Of a DNA stretch of 64,000 nt, positions 28,417-37,760 are shown in pieces. The first letter of the stretch is position 1; the number at the start of each line of letters is the position of its first letter. This stretch comes from Chloroflexota bacterium (GTDB taxonomy: Bacteria > Chloroflexota > Dehalococcoidia > Lucifugimonadales > Lucifugimonadaceae), in assembly GCA_002718415.1 (NCBI GenBank), contig PBEM01000012.1, positions 22,648-86,647 on the forward strand, in the 5' to 3' direction. A program made the position numbers and the translations under genes. The notes beneath the pieces are model-generated. The model was not told where the DNA came from. It did not search any database and saw nothing but the letters and a program-made list of their open reading frames with translations.

Positions 28417-28632
28417 TTGGATAATAAGAATTTTCCACCGTGCTTAGATTGTGATGATGAGGATGCGGTACTTGTCCCACTATCAGATTTTGGTGGACAA
28501 GGAGCAGCAGTTCACTATAAAGCTTGGGTTTGCACATCACCTGAATGTGATTACAATATAAAGATTAGAAACGGTGAAATACACGAGAATGAACCAATTA
28601 TTCAGGGAAATACTAGGCGCCCAAGACAATAA
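28417..28632 (+). CDS. Small zinc-ribbon-like hypothetical protein
   Basis: CLDC...(29 aa)...CTSPEC. TTG 28417 with GGAGGA 6 nt upstream is preferred over the track's GTG 28372. Confidence 0.4.
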   Translation: MDNKNFPPCLDCDDEDAVLVPLSDFGGQGAAVHYKAWVCTSPECDYNIKIRNGEIHENEPIIQGNTRRPRQ

Positions 28633-28698
28633 AGAGGAAAATATTTAATTCATTTTTGATTTTATCTTTCTTACGAAGATAACAAAAGGAGTTTTTGA

Positions 28699-29637
28699 GT
28701 GTCACCCAATAAAAAAGATAATGCTCTGTTGCTTTTTTTGTTACTTACAGTCTTAGCTACCGTAGGTCAGATAACTATTGGAGGCATCACAAGAGTAACA
28801 GGTTCAGGTGATGGTTGCCCCGATTGGCCAACTTGTTTCGGAAAATGGTTACCTCCTTTGGAATATCATGCATTAATAGAATATTCTCATAGATCAATGG
28901 GAACTTTGGTAGGACTGTTTATATTAACAATATGTATCAGAGTACTTTTAAGACATAGATATAATAAAAGTTTAATTACATCATCTTTATTACTTTTTAT
29001 TTTGGTAATTATAGTTGGTTTATTAGGAGGATTTGTAGTCTTATCAGAATTAAATCCTGCAGTAAGAACAATTCACCTTATGTTAGCTGAAATAACCATT
29101 TTATTATCTGTAACATCATTAATCTTATTTGTGGATTTTAATACATCTGGTAATTATCAAAAAGTTAAATTCTTATTTTTTTATATAAATAAACAATACA
29201 AAATTTATTTCTACGGACTTTTTTTAAGCGGATTATTTATCCTAATAACCATTCTCAGTGGATCATATGCTGTCTGGACTAATGCTGGTTATTATTGCCC
29301 TTCATGGCCTTTATGCGGAAGAGATTCTATAATACCAAATAATAATTTAGAAATAATTCATATGTTTCACAGAATTTTTTCATTATTATCAGTAATATTT
29401 ACAGGTTACTTTTTTTATATAATATATAAAAATAAAATTTTTTCTAAAAATATTATTTTATTAGCGTCTTTTGGAATTGGAGCAATTTTCACTCAAATAA
29501 TTTGGGGAGCCTTAGTTCCATTATCCAATTTTTCAGAATGGTCAAGAGCTGGTCATTTGAGTATAGCTACAATAATTTGGACAACAATAGTTTTACTCAC
29601 AAATTTAATGAAAAATCCAAAAATATCAAAATTATAA
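28699..29637 (+). CDS. ctaA: Heme A synthase (CtaA/COX15)
   Basis: 312 aa polytopic protein. Paired Cys motifs GCPDWPTC and CPSWPLC and conserved His residues. GTG start. Confidence 0.8.
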   Translation: MSPNKKDNALLLFLLLTVLATVGQITIGGITRVTGSGDGCPDWPTCFGKWLPPLEYHALIEYSHRSMGTLVGLFILTICIRVLLRHRYNKSLITSSLLLFILVIIVGLLGGFVVLSELNPAVRTIHLMLAEITILLSVTSLILFVDFNTSGNYQKVKFLFFYINKQYKIYFYGLFLSGLFILITILSGSYAVWTNAGYYCPSWPLCGRDSIIPNNNLEIIHMFHRIFSLLSVIFTGYFFYIIYKNKIFSKNIILLASFGIGAIFTQIIWGALVPLSNFSEWSRAGHLSIATIIWTTIVLLTNLMKNPKISKL

Positions 29638-29661
29638 TTATCTCACCAAAATTTATTCAAT

Positions 29662-30540
29662 ATGTACGTAAAAATAATAGATTATATTGCACTAACAAAA
29701 CCTAAAGTAATGTCCCTTCTACTTCTCGTAGCTATCTGCAGTTGTTTTATAGGTAAGAAAGGGATTCCTACGATTGAAGAAATTATAGCCTTAGTTATTG
29801 GTGGTGCCTGTGCTAGCGGAGGAGCTGGTTCTCTAAATATGTCTTATGAGCATAAAATTGATAAAGCTATGGGGCGAACAAAAAATCGTCCAGTAGCTGA
29901 AGGTAGAGTATCTCCTTTATCAGCTACTATATGGGGAATATTACTAAATATTATAGCTTTTACAACGTTATATTTATTTACTAATTTGCTTGCTGCTTTA
30001 TTAGCAATATTAGGTACTGCATTATATTTTATACTCTATACAATAATACTAAAAAAAAGAACTCCACAAAATATTGTAATAGGCGGAGCTGCCGGATGTA
30101 TGCCAGCATTAGTTGGTTTCTCGGTTGGATCAAATGGATTAATTGATTTTACAGCCATATGGTTATTCATAATAATTTTTGTCTGGACACCTCCACACTT
30201 TTGGGCACTTTCAATAGTAATAAAAGATGATTACGAAAAGGTTAATATTCCGATGTTGCCTGTAGTAAAAGGAATTAAATATACCCAAATATATATACTA
30301 ATTTATTCAATAATAACTGCCTGGTTTACCATTACATTAATAATCATTGATCAATCATTCGGAATATTTTATTTAATAACTGCAATAATTTTATCTGTAA
30401 TTTTAATTTTATATTCCATAAAAATTATCAAAACTAAAGAGGATAATAAAAAAAAGATATCTTTGGGTTTCTACAAATATTCTATGCTATATTTAGCGCT
30501 AGTATTCATAAGTGCTTCTATAGATATTACAACATTCTAG
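29662..30540 (+). CDS. ctaB: Protoheme IX farnesyltransferase (heme O synthase)
   Basis: 292 aa, UbiA family. NMSYEHKIDKAMGRTKNRP and WTPPHFWAL. Confidence 0.9.
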   Translation: MYVKIIDYIALTKPKVMSLLLLVAICSCFIGKKGIPTIEEIIALVIGGACASGGAGSLNMSYEHKIDKAMGRTKNRPVAEGRVSPLSATIWGILLNIIAFTTLYLFTNLLAALLAILGTALYFILYTIILKKRTPQNIVIGGAAGCMPALVGFSVGSNGLIDFTAIWLFIIIFVWTPPHFWALSIVIKDDYEKVNIPMLPVVKGIKYTQIYILIYSIITAWFTITLIIIDQSFGIFYLITAIILSVILILYSIKIIKTKEDNKKKISLGFYKYSMLYLALVFISASIDITTF

Positions 30541-30556
30541 TTGAATAGTTTTGTTG

Positions 30557-30913
30557 TTATTTTTGTACAGGTTTAACTTTCGAAACTATCTCTGAAAAAA
30601 CTTCAGGTTCATAAATTGCTAGGTCAGAAAGAGATTTCCTATCTAAATTAATCCCATTAGATTTTATTCCATACATCAATTGGCTATATGAAATACCATT
30701 TATTCTTGAAGCAGCATTTATTCTAGTAATCTGTAGAGATCTATTTTGCCTTTTCTTTAGCCTTCTATGTGCAGTGGAATAAGCTAAAGCATGTGTCAAA
30801 GATTCCCTAGCTAATCTATATCTTCTATTTCTAGAACCTCTATGTCCTTTAACTGCAGAAAGAACTGCTTTATGTCTTTTTCGTGTAGTAACACTTGTTT
30901 TTACTCTAGCCAA
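30557..30913 (-). CDS. rplT: 50S ribosomal protein L20
   Basis: MARVKTSVTTRKRHKAVL..., in the infC-rpmI-rplT operon order. Confidence 0.95.
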   Translation of the reverse strand: MARVKTSVTTRKRHKAVLSAVKGHRGSRNRRYRLARESLTHALAYSTAHRRLKKRQNRSLQITRINAASRINGISYSQLMYGIKSNGINLDRKSLSDLAIYEPEVFSEIVSKVKPVQK

Positions 30914-30952
30914 TTAAATTACCTCAAAAAATCTATATAGTTATCTCAACAA

Positions 30953-31150
30953 TTAACTTCCCAAAAATTCTTTGATATTTTTTGAGAAAGAAACAGAATC
31001 AAGAGCAACTTTACCGCCAAACAATCTCTTTACTCTCTTCGTCTTTCTTCGCCTAAAATGACTTTTAGGCCCTTTTGTACGAAGAACTTTACCAGTTCCA
31101 GTTATATGAAACCTTTTCTTAGCACCCTTATGTGTTTTCATTTTTGGCAT
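30953..31150 (-). CDS. rpmI: 50S ribosomal protein L35
   Basis: MPKMKTHKGAKKRF... Confidence 0.95.
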   Translation of the reverse strand: MPKMKTHKGAKKRFHITGTGKVLRTKGPKSHFRRRKTKRVKRLFGGKVALDSVSFSKNIKEFLGS

Positions 31151-31168
31151 GAAATTTTCTCACTTAAA

Positions 31169-31735
31169 CTATACCGAGACACTAGTCTCAATATTTTCAT
31201 TAGAACTTTTATTTTTAATTCCTGGTATAGGATTAAGAACTATATTTATTGATCTTCCAATTTTAGTAGGAGGACGCTCTAATTTTGAATATTCAGATAA
31301 ACCTTCAGCAAATTTACGTAAAACATTCATTGCTATTTCGGGATGTGCATTTTGCCTACCCCTAAATCTTACTAACACTCTAACTTTAGCTCCTTGAAAT
31401 AATAATCCTTTGGCAATATTCATTTTTGAATTTAAATCATTCTCAGAAACAACTGGACTTAATCTAACTTCCTTTACTTTACTAGCAGCTCTAGAAGCCT
31501 TTAAGGATTCCTTATCTTTTTTACCTTGTATATACTTGAAACGACCATAGTCCATTACACGACAAACAGGTGGATTTTGATTAGGTCCTACCTCTACCAA
31601 ATCCAACCCAGAACTAGCAGCCAATTTTATTGCTTCTTCAGTATCTAAAACAACTGATTCTTGATTATTTTCCCCAGTAATTACCCTAACAGAAGAAACT
31701 TTGATATTACCGTTTACCCTATATTTTTTTTGTAT
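31169..31735 (-). CDS. infC: Translation initiation factor IF-3 (non-canonical ATA start inferred)
   Basis: The track starts at an internal TTG (31624). The frame is open back to TAA 31762-31760 and encodes the conserved IF3 N-domain (RVNGNIKVSSVRVITGENNQESVVLDTEEAIKLAASSGLDLVEV). No ATG, GTG or TTG is available. ATA 31735 has GGAG 8 nt upstream. Confidence 0.85.
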   Translation of the reverse strand: MQKKYRVNGNIKVSSVRVITGENNQESVVLDTEEAIKLAASSGLDLVEVGPNQNPPVCRVMDYGRFKYIQGKKDKESLKASRAASKVKEVRLSPVVSENDLNSKMNIAKGLLFQGAKVRVLVRFRGRQNAHPEIAMNVLRKFAEGLSEYSKLERPPTKIGRSINIVLNPIPGIKNKSSNENIETSVSV

Positions 31736-31994
31736 TTTTATTACTCCGTGATCAGTTATTTATTCAACATAATTAAATTTAATTTAAAAATTAAACACAT
31801 TTAAAATATAACAATCATCATATACAATCTCAATCGCTGTAATTAGTAAAAATGATAAATATATTACATAAAATTAAATTATTACTTCATATTAATAATG
31901 TTAATAATTTTCAAACTCTCATATGGTAAAATTTAACTAAGTCAATAATTATTTGCATTACAAGTATAAAGAAATATAATTTTTACATCAAAAA

Positions 31995-33926
31995 ATGAAC
32001 AATAGATGGGTCAAAAATATTTTCGTCTACGCAATTATAATCAGCGTAGCTATGTTATCTTTTTTTATTTTTTTCGACCAATCATTCAATTCCACAGAAG
32101 AAATTGGAATAAATGAAATCCCTGAACTTGCTCGCAATAGAGTAGCAGCTTCAAAGATTTTTATTGAAGTAGAAGGAGAAAATCTAAAGGTTATTGACGG
32201 AAATAAAATATATCAATCTCGTAAAGAAACAGGTTCAAGCATTGCAGAAATTATGTACGAAAGTGGAGTTGACCCAAGCAATTATTCGGTAAAAGTGAAA
32301 GGTCGTAGCGGGCTATCAAGTTTTTTTAGTGTAATAATTGGATTTTTACCTTTAATTCTATTTGGTGGATTACTAATTTTTATGATGAGACAGGCTCAAG
32401 GTGGTGGAAGCCAAACTTTCAGCTTTGGTAAAAGTAAGGCAAGAATGTTTAAAGGTAATCAAGCTTCAGTAACTTTTTTTGATGTGGCAGGTGTACCTGA
32501 AGCAAAAGAAGAACTAGAAGAAGTAGTCGAATTCTTAAAATATCCTGAAAGATTCCAGGCATTGGGTGCAAGGATTCCTCGTGGAGTTTTATTAGTAGGA
32601 CCCCCTGGTACTGGAAAAACATTATTAGCTAGAGCAGTAGCAGGCGAAGCTGGAGTTCCATTCTTTTCTATTTCTGGTTCAGAATTTGTTGAGATGTTTG
32701 TTGGAGTTGGAGCTTCAAGAGTGAGAGACCTTTTCGAACAAGCAAAAAGACATTCTCCATGTATTATTTTTGTTGATGAAATAGACGCTGTAGGAAGACA
32801 CAGAGGAGCAGGACTTGGTGGTGGAAATGACGAAAGAGAACAAACCTTAAACCAAATTCTAGTTGAGATGGACGGATTTGACACATCAGTAAATGTTATC
32901 ATAATTGCCGCTACGAATAGGCCTGATATATTAGATCCAGCCCTACTACGTCCAGGTAGATTTGATAGAAGAGTAATGATCGATAATCCTGACGTTAGGG
33001 GGCGAGAAGCAATACTAGATGTGCACGTTAAAGGAAAACCTATTGAAAAGTCTGTAGAACTATCTGATGTTGCTAAACAAACCCCTGGTTTTTCAGGAGC
33101 TGATTTAGCTAACTTAGTTAATGAGGGAGCTTTACTAGCAGCTAGAAAAAATCAAAAGAAGATTAATTTAGATAATTTAACTGAAGCAATAGACAGAGTC
33201 TCAATTGGTCCAGCTAGAAAAAGTAAAGTAATCAGTCAAAAAGACAGGGAATTAACAGCATACCATGAAGCAGGTCACGCTTTAGTATCACATTTTATTA
33301 AAGGTGGGAGGCCAGTAGCCAAAATTTCAATAATCAGTAGAGGGCATGCAGGTGGATTTACAAGATGGGAACAAGAAGATCAATCATTCTATTCTGCAGA
33401 ACAATTAGAAGCTCAAATCAGTTCAGCAATGGGAGGAAGAGTTGCTGAAGTAATGAAATGTGGAGATGTAACTACTGGAGCATCTAACGATTTTGAACAA
33501 GCTACTTCTATAGCTAGAGAAATGATCATGAGATATGGAATGAGTAAAAAATTAGCTCATAGATCATTTGGACGAAAACAAGAAGCTATTTTTTTAGGAC
33601 GTGAAATATCTGAAGAACGAAATTATTCCTTGAAAACAGAAGAAGTCATTGATAATGAAATTGATAGACTACTAAAATTAGGTGAAGATAATGCAAAGAA
33701 AATACTTAAAGAAAATGAAAAAATTTTAGATAGTGTAGCAAATTTTTTATTAGAAAATGAAACAATTGACCATGATCAATTTACAGATATTGTAGATGGG
33801 AAAAAACCTAAGATTAAAAAAATAAATAATAAAGCTAAAACTAAACACACATCTAACGAAAAAACTCTTGATAAGAATATCGGACCAGATAGAAAATCTG
33901 ACCCTGAACCCCAAGCTATGTCATAG
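31995..33926 (+). CDS. ftsH: ATP-dependent zinc metalloprotease FtsH
   Basis: 643 aa. Two TM segments, GPPGTGKT, the second region of homology, and the HEAGHA zinc site. Confidence 0.97.
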   Translation: MNNRWVKNIFVYAIIISVAMLSFFIFFDQSFNSTEEIGINEIPELARNRVAASKIFIEVEGENLKVIDGNKIYQSRKETGSSIAEIMYESGVDPSNYSVKVKGRSGLSSFFSVIIGFLPLILFGGLLIFMMRQAQGGGSQTFSFGKSKARMFKGNQASVTFFDVAGVPEAKEELEEVVEFLKYPERFQALGARIPRGVLLVGPPGTGKTLLARAVAGEAGVPFFSISGSEFVEMFVGVGASRVRDLFEQAKRHSPCIIFVDEIDAVGRHRGAGLGGGNDEREQTLNQILVEMDGFDTSVNVIIIAATNRPDILDPALLRPGRFDRRVMIDNPDVRGREAILDVHVKGKPIEKSVELSDVAKQTPGFSGADLANLVNEGALLAARKNQKKINLDNLTEAIDRVSIGPARKSKVISQKDRELTAYHEAGHALVSHFIKGGRPVAKISIISRGHAGGFTRWEQEDQSFYSAEQLEAQISSAMGGRVAEVMKCGDVTTGASNDFEQATSIAREMIMRYGMSKKLAHRSFGRKQEAIFLGREISEERNYSLKTEEVIDNEIDRLLKLGEDNAKKILKENEKILDSVANFLLENETIDHDQFTDIVDGKKPKIKKINNKAKTKHTSNEKTLDKNIGPDRKSDPEPQAMS

Positions 33927-33941
33927 TAGTGTATTTAAGAA

Positions 33942-34604
33942 ATGGGACTGATTTACTCCGGAAAATTATGGATTATACAAAGATTTATTTCAGGATTTTC
34001 CAATAATTCCTTTTTGGTGACCTGTAAAAGAACTAAAAAATCTATAATCATCGATACTCCAGCTGCCCCTGTAGATTTACTTAAATCATCAAAAAATTTT
34101 CATATAGTAGGTATTCTGATTACTCATGGGCATTCTGATCATTTAGAAGGTTTTAAGGACGTATATGATAGACATCAAGTTCCAGTAGGAATAGGTAATA
34201 ATGATATAAATTCACTCCCATTAAAACCTAAAGATTATATTAATGTAAACGATGGTAAAATAAATAGATTTGGAGATCTTGTTATTAGATCAATTGAAAC
34301 TCCAGGCCACACTGCAGGATCTACTTGTTATTTTTTACCAGGTGAATCTCCCGGATTAGAACCTCATTTATTTTCTGGAGATACTCTTTTTCCTGGCGGA
34401 CCAGGAAAATCGTCCAGTTATGCAAATTTTTTAGAAATTGTTAAATCAATTACTACTAAGATTTACACTCTACCCAAACATACCTATATTCTTCCTGGTC
34501 ATGGAGAATTTATTACATTAGAAGATTCAACAAAAGAATTCAATGAATTCAACAATAATCCATTGGACAATAAAACCTTTGGTAATGTTAAGTGGATAAG
34601 ATAA
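33942..34604 (+). CDS. Metallo-beta-lactamase fold hydrolase (glyoxalase II-like)
   Basis: 220 aa. ITHGHSDH, TPGHTAGS and PGHG. Confidence 0.8.
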   Translation: MGLIYSGKLWIIQRFISGFSNNSFLVTCKRTKKSIIIDTPAAPVDLLKSSKNFHIVGILITHGHSDHLEGFKDVYDRHQVPVGIGNNDINSLPLKPKDYINVNDGKINRFGDLVIRSIETPGHTAGSTCYFLPGESPGLEPHLFSGDTLFPGGPGKSSSYANFLEIVKSITTKIYTLPKHTYILPGHGEFITLEDSTKEFNEFNNNPLDNKTFGNVKWIR

Positions 34605-34614
34605 AACATTAGAC

Positions 34615-35463
34615 TTGATTAAAATTACTTGGTCATATATCGAGATTTTTCAAGCTACTATATTAATTATTATACTAAACTCTTTTCCTTTACTTATATT
34701 AGAATTAGATAATCAAAACTTAGTAGAAAATTTTTTCATAAAATCTTTATTTTTTTTCCTAAGTATTTTCCTAAGTATTTTTCTGAGTAAAAAATTTAAA
34801 ATTCCTTATAAATATTATATTTCATTAGTAATATTGGTTGTTACTTATACTTTAATAGAACTTTCTTCATTTTCTTCGGAAAAAAATTCAACTTTATTTT
34901 ATTCTATTTTCTCAGGAGCACTAATTACAATATTATCTTTAGCTTTAACACATGGTAAATATAATATTTCCTTGAAAAATTTTGGGTTTATAAAAATTAA
35001 AAATATTCAATTTTTTGGATTGGCAATTATGGTATGGATAATATGTATCCTAATCATATCATTCTGGACATATTTCATTATTGAATATGGAGCAAAACTC
35101 AAATTGGAAATACTTATACCTCCTGAAAATGCAAAAGATTTACTAAAAGAAACGGGAAATAATATATTATCAATGCTAATAATAGCATCAATAATTGCTC
35201 CGATTAGCGAAGAAATATTCTTTAGATTTTTTGTTTTTTTGGGATTAAAAAATTTATTCCCAAACAATAAAAATATCATAGCTGCAATAATATCCTCTAT
35301 TTTCTTCGCTTTAATACATATAGAACCGGGTTCTTATCTAGTAACATTTACATTAGGATTAGGATTCTGTTGGTTATACATAAAAACAAAAAATATTTTG
35401 ATTCCTATTTTTACACATAGTTTACATAATACAGTTTCTGTAATAATGGTTATCCAGCTTTAG
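34615..35463 (+). CDS. CPBP (CAAX) family intramembrane metalloprotease
   Basis: 282 aa polytopic protein. EEIFFRF, FALIH and HSLHN motifs. TTG start. Confidence 0.75.
   Translation: MIKITWSYIEIFQATILIIILNSFPLLILELDNQNLVENFFIKSLFFFLSIFLSIFLSKKFKIPYKYYISLVILVVTYTLIELSSFSSEKNSTLFYSIFSGALITILSLALTHGKYNISLKNFGFIKIKNIQFFGLAIMVWIICILIISFWTYFIIEYGAKLKLEILIPPENAKDLLKETGNNILSMLIIASIIAPISEEIFFRFFVFLGLKNLFPNNKNIIAAIISSIFFALIHIEPGSYLVTFTLGLGFCWLYIKTKNILIPIFTHSLHNTVSVIMVIQL
34758..34781 (+). repeat. In-frame 12-bp tandem duplication
   Basis: cctaagtatttt x2, with a degenerate third copy, encoding LSIFLSIFLS in a TM segment. Confidence 0.85.
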
Positions 35464-35469
35464 AAAATT

Positions 35470-36279
35470 ATGAAAAATAAACTTAACAAAATAACTGAAA
35501 GTATTAATAATGCTTCTAAGGAAGGAAGAACAGCTTTAATACCTTTTATCACTATAGGATATCCTTCTATAAATTCTACTGTAGAGATTGTAAAAAAACT
35601 TGATGAAAATGGTGCTGATGTAATAGAGTTAGGAATACCATTTAGTGATCCATTAGCTGAAGGAAAAACTATACAAAAATCTAGTCAAATTGCCTTAGAA
35701 AATGGAGCTAATATAAGTACATGCCTCAAAATAGTTAAAGAAATTAAGACTAGTGGTGTAAAGAAACCTATAGTATGCATGGGCTACTATAATCCTATTT
35801 TAGCTATGGGTATAAATAAATTTTGCGAAGAAGCATCATTATCAGGTGTAGATGGTATCATAATAGCAGATCTTCCAGCTTCAGAGTCTGGACCTTTATT
35901 TAGAGCAGCTAAAGATTATGGAATTTCTCTTATACCGTTACTTGCACTAACTTCAGAACAAAAATCTATAGAACTTTCCTGTAAATTAGCTTCAGGATTT
36001 ATTTACTGTATTTCTGTTTTAGGTGTTACAGGTTCAAGAACTAGTATAAATCACAAAGTTAAAGAATTAGTTTCTAATGTAAAAAAATTTACTAATATAC
36101 CTGTTGCTGTTGGTTTCGGAATTTCTAAACCTAAACACATAAAAGAAGTTGGAGAATTTGCAGATGCCGCTGTTTTTGGAGCAGCTCTAATAGACCATAT
36201 ACAATCAAATAAAAATAATTCTCCTGAAGATAACGCCGGAAAATTTATTATGAATCTTTCAAAAGGGAGCACTAAATAG
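35470..36279 (+). CDS. trpA: Tryptophan synthase alpha chain
   Basis: 269 aa. ALIPFITIGYP, ELGIPFSDPLAEG and GFGIS. Confidence 0.9.
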   Translation: MKNKLNKITESINNASKEGRTALIPFITIGYPSINSTVEIVKKLDENGADVIELGIPFSDPLAEGKTIQKSSQIALENGANISTCLKIVKEIKTSGVKKPIVCMGYYNPILAMGINKFCEEASLSGVDGIIIADLPASESGPLFRAAKDYGISLIPLLALTSEQKSIELSCKLASGFIYCISVLGVTGSRTSINHKVKELVSNVKKFTNIPVAVGFGISKPKHIKEVGEFADAAVFGAALIDHIQSNKNNSPEDNAGKFIMNLSKGSTK

Positions 36280-36282
36280 GAA

Positions 36283-36648
36283 ATGAATAATGTTCATGGA
36301 GTAAAGGGAGCAATTACATCTGAAAATAATTCTGTTACATCTATAATGGATGCGTCAGCGGAACTTCTTAATACTCTAATTAAAAAAAATAAAATAATTC
36401 AAGAAGATGTAGCTGCAGTTTTTTTCACTACAAGTCCAGATTTGAATGCAGAATTTCCAGCTAGAGCAGCAAGAGAAATCATAAAATGGAATAATGTGCC
36501 ATTAATGTGTGGACATGAAATGAATAAAAAAGATGCGTTGCAAAAATGTATTCGTATACTAATACTATGGAACACAAAAAAAAATCAGGGCGAAATTTCT
36601 CATGCATACCTAAAAAAAGCTAGTACTTTGCGCCCTGATATCTCATAA
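36283..36648 (+). CDS. aroH: Chorismate mutase, AroH type
   Basis: 121 aa. VKGAITS, FFTTSPDLNAEFPARAAREI, VPLMCGHEM, CIRILILW and LRPD align with B. subtilis AroH as I recall it. Confidence 0.85.
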   Translation: MNNVHGVKGAITSENNSVTSIMDASAELLNTLIKKNKIIQEDVAAVFFTTSPDLNAEFPARAAREIIKWNNVPLMCGHEMNKKDALQKCIRILILWNTKKNQGEISHAYLKKASTLRPDIS

Positions 36649-36675
36649 AATAGAATTTAGGAAAAAGAAAACATT

Positions 36676-37725
36676 ATGAAGATATCAAATACATCAGACA
36701 TCAGAGTCACCCAAATTGAATCATTGGATCCACCTATTATTTATCTTAGAAAACAACCTATAACTAAAAAAATTTCTGATGTAGTTATAAAAGGTAGAAA
36801 TGAAATAGAACATATTATTAAAGGTAATGATAAACGATTGTTATTTATTGTAGGTCCATGTTCAATCCATGATGAAATAGCCGGATTAGAATACGCAAGT
36901 AGATTATCTGAACTTGCGAAAAAAGTATCAAAAGAAATCTTAGTTGTGATGAGAGTATATTTTGAAAAACCACGTACTACTGTTGGATGGAAAGGACTAA
37001 TAAATGATCCGAATCTTGATGGATCTTTTGATATATCCAACGGACTAAAAAGATCTAGAGAATTTTTATTAAAAGTTAATGAACTAGGAATTCCGGTTGC
37101 TACAGAATTTTTAGATCCTTTTATACCTCAATACTTAGCTGATTTAGTTTCATGGGGTGCGATAGGTGCAAGAACTTCTGAAAGTCAAACTCATAGAGAA
37201 ATGGCAAGCGGTCTTTCGGTACCTGTTGGATTTAAAAATGGAACAGGAGGAAGCTATCAAATAGCCATAGATGCAATCATATCAGCTAGCTCGCCACATA
37301 CTTTCTTAGGTATAGATTTAGACGGTAATGCTAGTATTGTACATACTAAAGGAAATGAAGCCTGTCATTTGGTGTTGAGAGGAGGTTCTAATGGTCCTAA
37401 TTATGAAGAAAAATCAGTAAAAGAAGCTGAAAATAAAATGATAAAATCCGGATTAGACCCAAAAATTATAATCGATTGTTCCCATGCTAATTCCAATAAA
37501 GATCACAAGAAACAACCTATGGTTTTTGAAAATATCTTAAGCCAAAAATTGAATGGTAACAAATCTATTGTGGGGCTAATGTTAGAAAGTCATATTAATG
37601 AAGGTAATCAATCTTTAAGCGATCCAAACAATCTAAAATATGGAGTTTCTATAACAGATGCATGTATTAATTGGGAAACTACAAAAAATTTAATTATTAA
37701 TGCTCAAAAGAAGTTAAAAAAATAA
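36676..37725 (+). CDS. aroG: 3-deoxy-7-phosphoheptulonate (DAHP) synthase, class I alpha
   Basis: 349 aa. VGPCSIHD, FEKPRTTVGWKG, GARTSESQTHRE and DCSHANS. Confidence 0.9.
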   Translation: MKISNTSDIRVTQIESLDPPIIYLRKQPITKKISDVVIKGRNEIEHIIKGNDKRLLFIVGPCSIHDEIAGLEYASRLSELAKKVSKEILVVMRVYFEKPRTTVGWKGLINDPNLDGSFDISNGLKRSREFLLKVNELGIPVATEFLDPFIPQYLADLVSWGAIGARTSESQTHREMASGLSVPVGFKNGTGGSYQIAIDAIISASSPHTFLGIDLDGNASIVHTKGNEACHLVLRGGSNGPNYEEKSVKEAENKMIKSGLDPKIIIDCSHANSNKDHKKQPMVFENILSQKLNGNKSIVGLMLESHINEGNQSLSDPNNLKYGVSITDACINWETTKNLIINAQKKLKK

Positions 37726-37760
37726 AATATTTATATCACTTCATATCATTCTAAATTGAA

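Noticed and set aside
31852-31929. 25-codon ORF (MINILHKIKLLLHINNVNNFQTLIW) in the infC/ftsH divergent intergenic region.
   Set aside because: It has no Shine-Dalgarno site, it is AT-rich chance sequence, and it has no recognisable features. It may overlap promoter elements for ftsH.
31736-31994. Possible L20-binding translational operator or leader RNA upstream of infC, and an extended -10 promoter (tggtaaaat around 31924-31932) for ftsH.
   Set aside because: I cannot recognise a conserved L20 leader fold by eye in this AT-rich stretch. The promoter-like hexamer lacks a properly spaced -35. Both calls are too weak.
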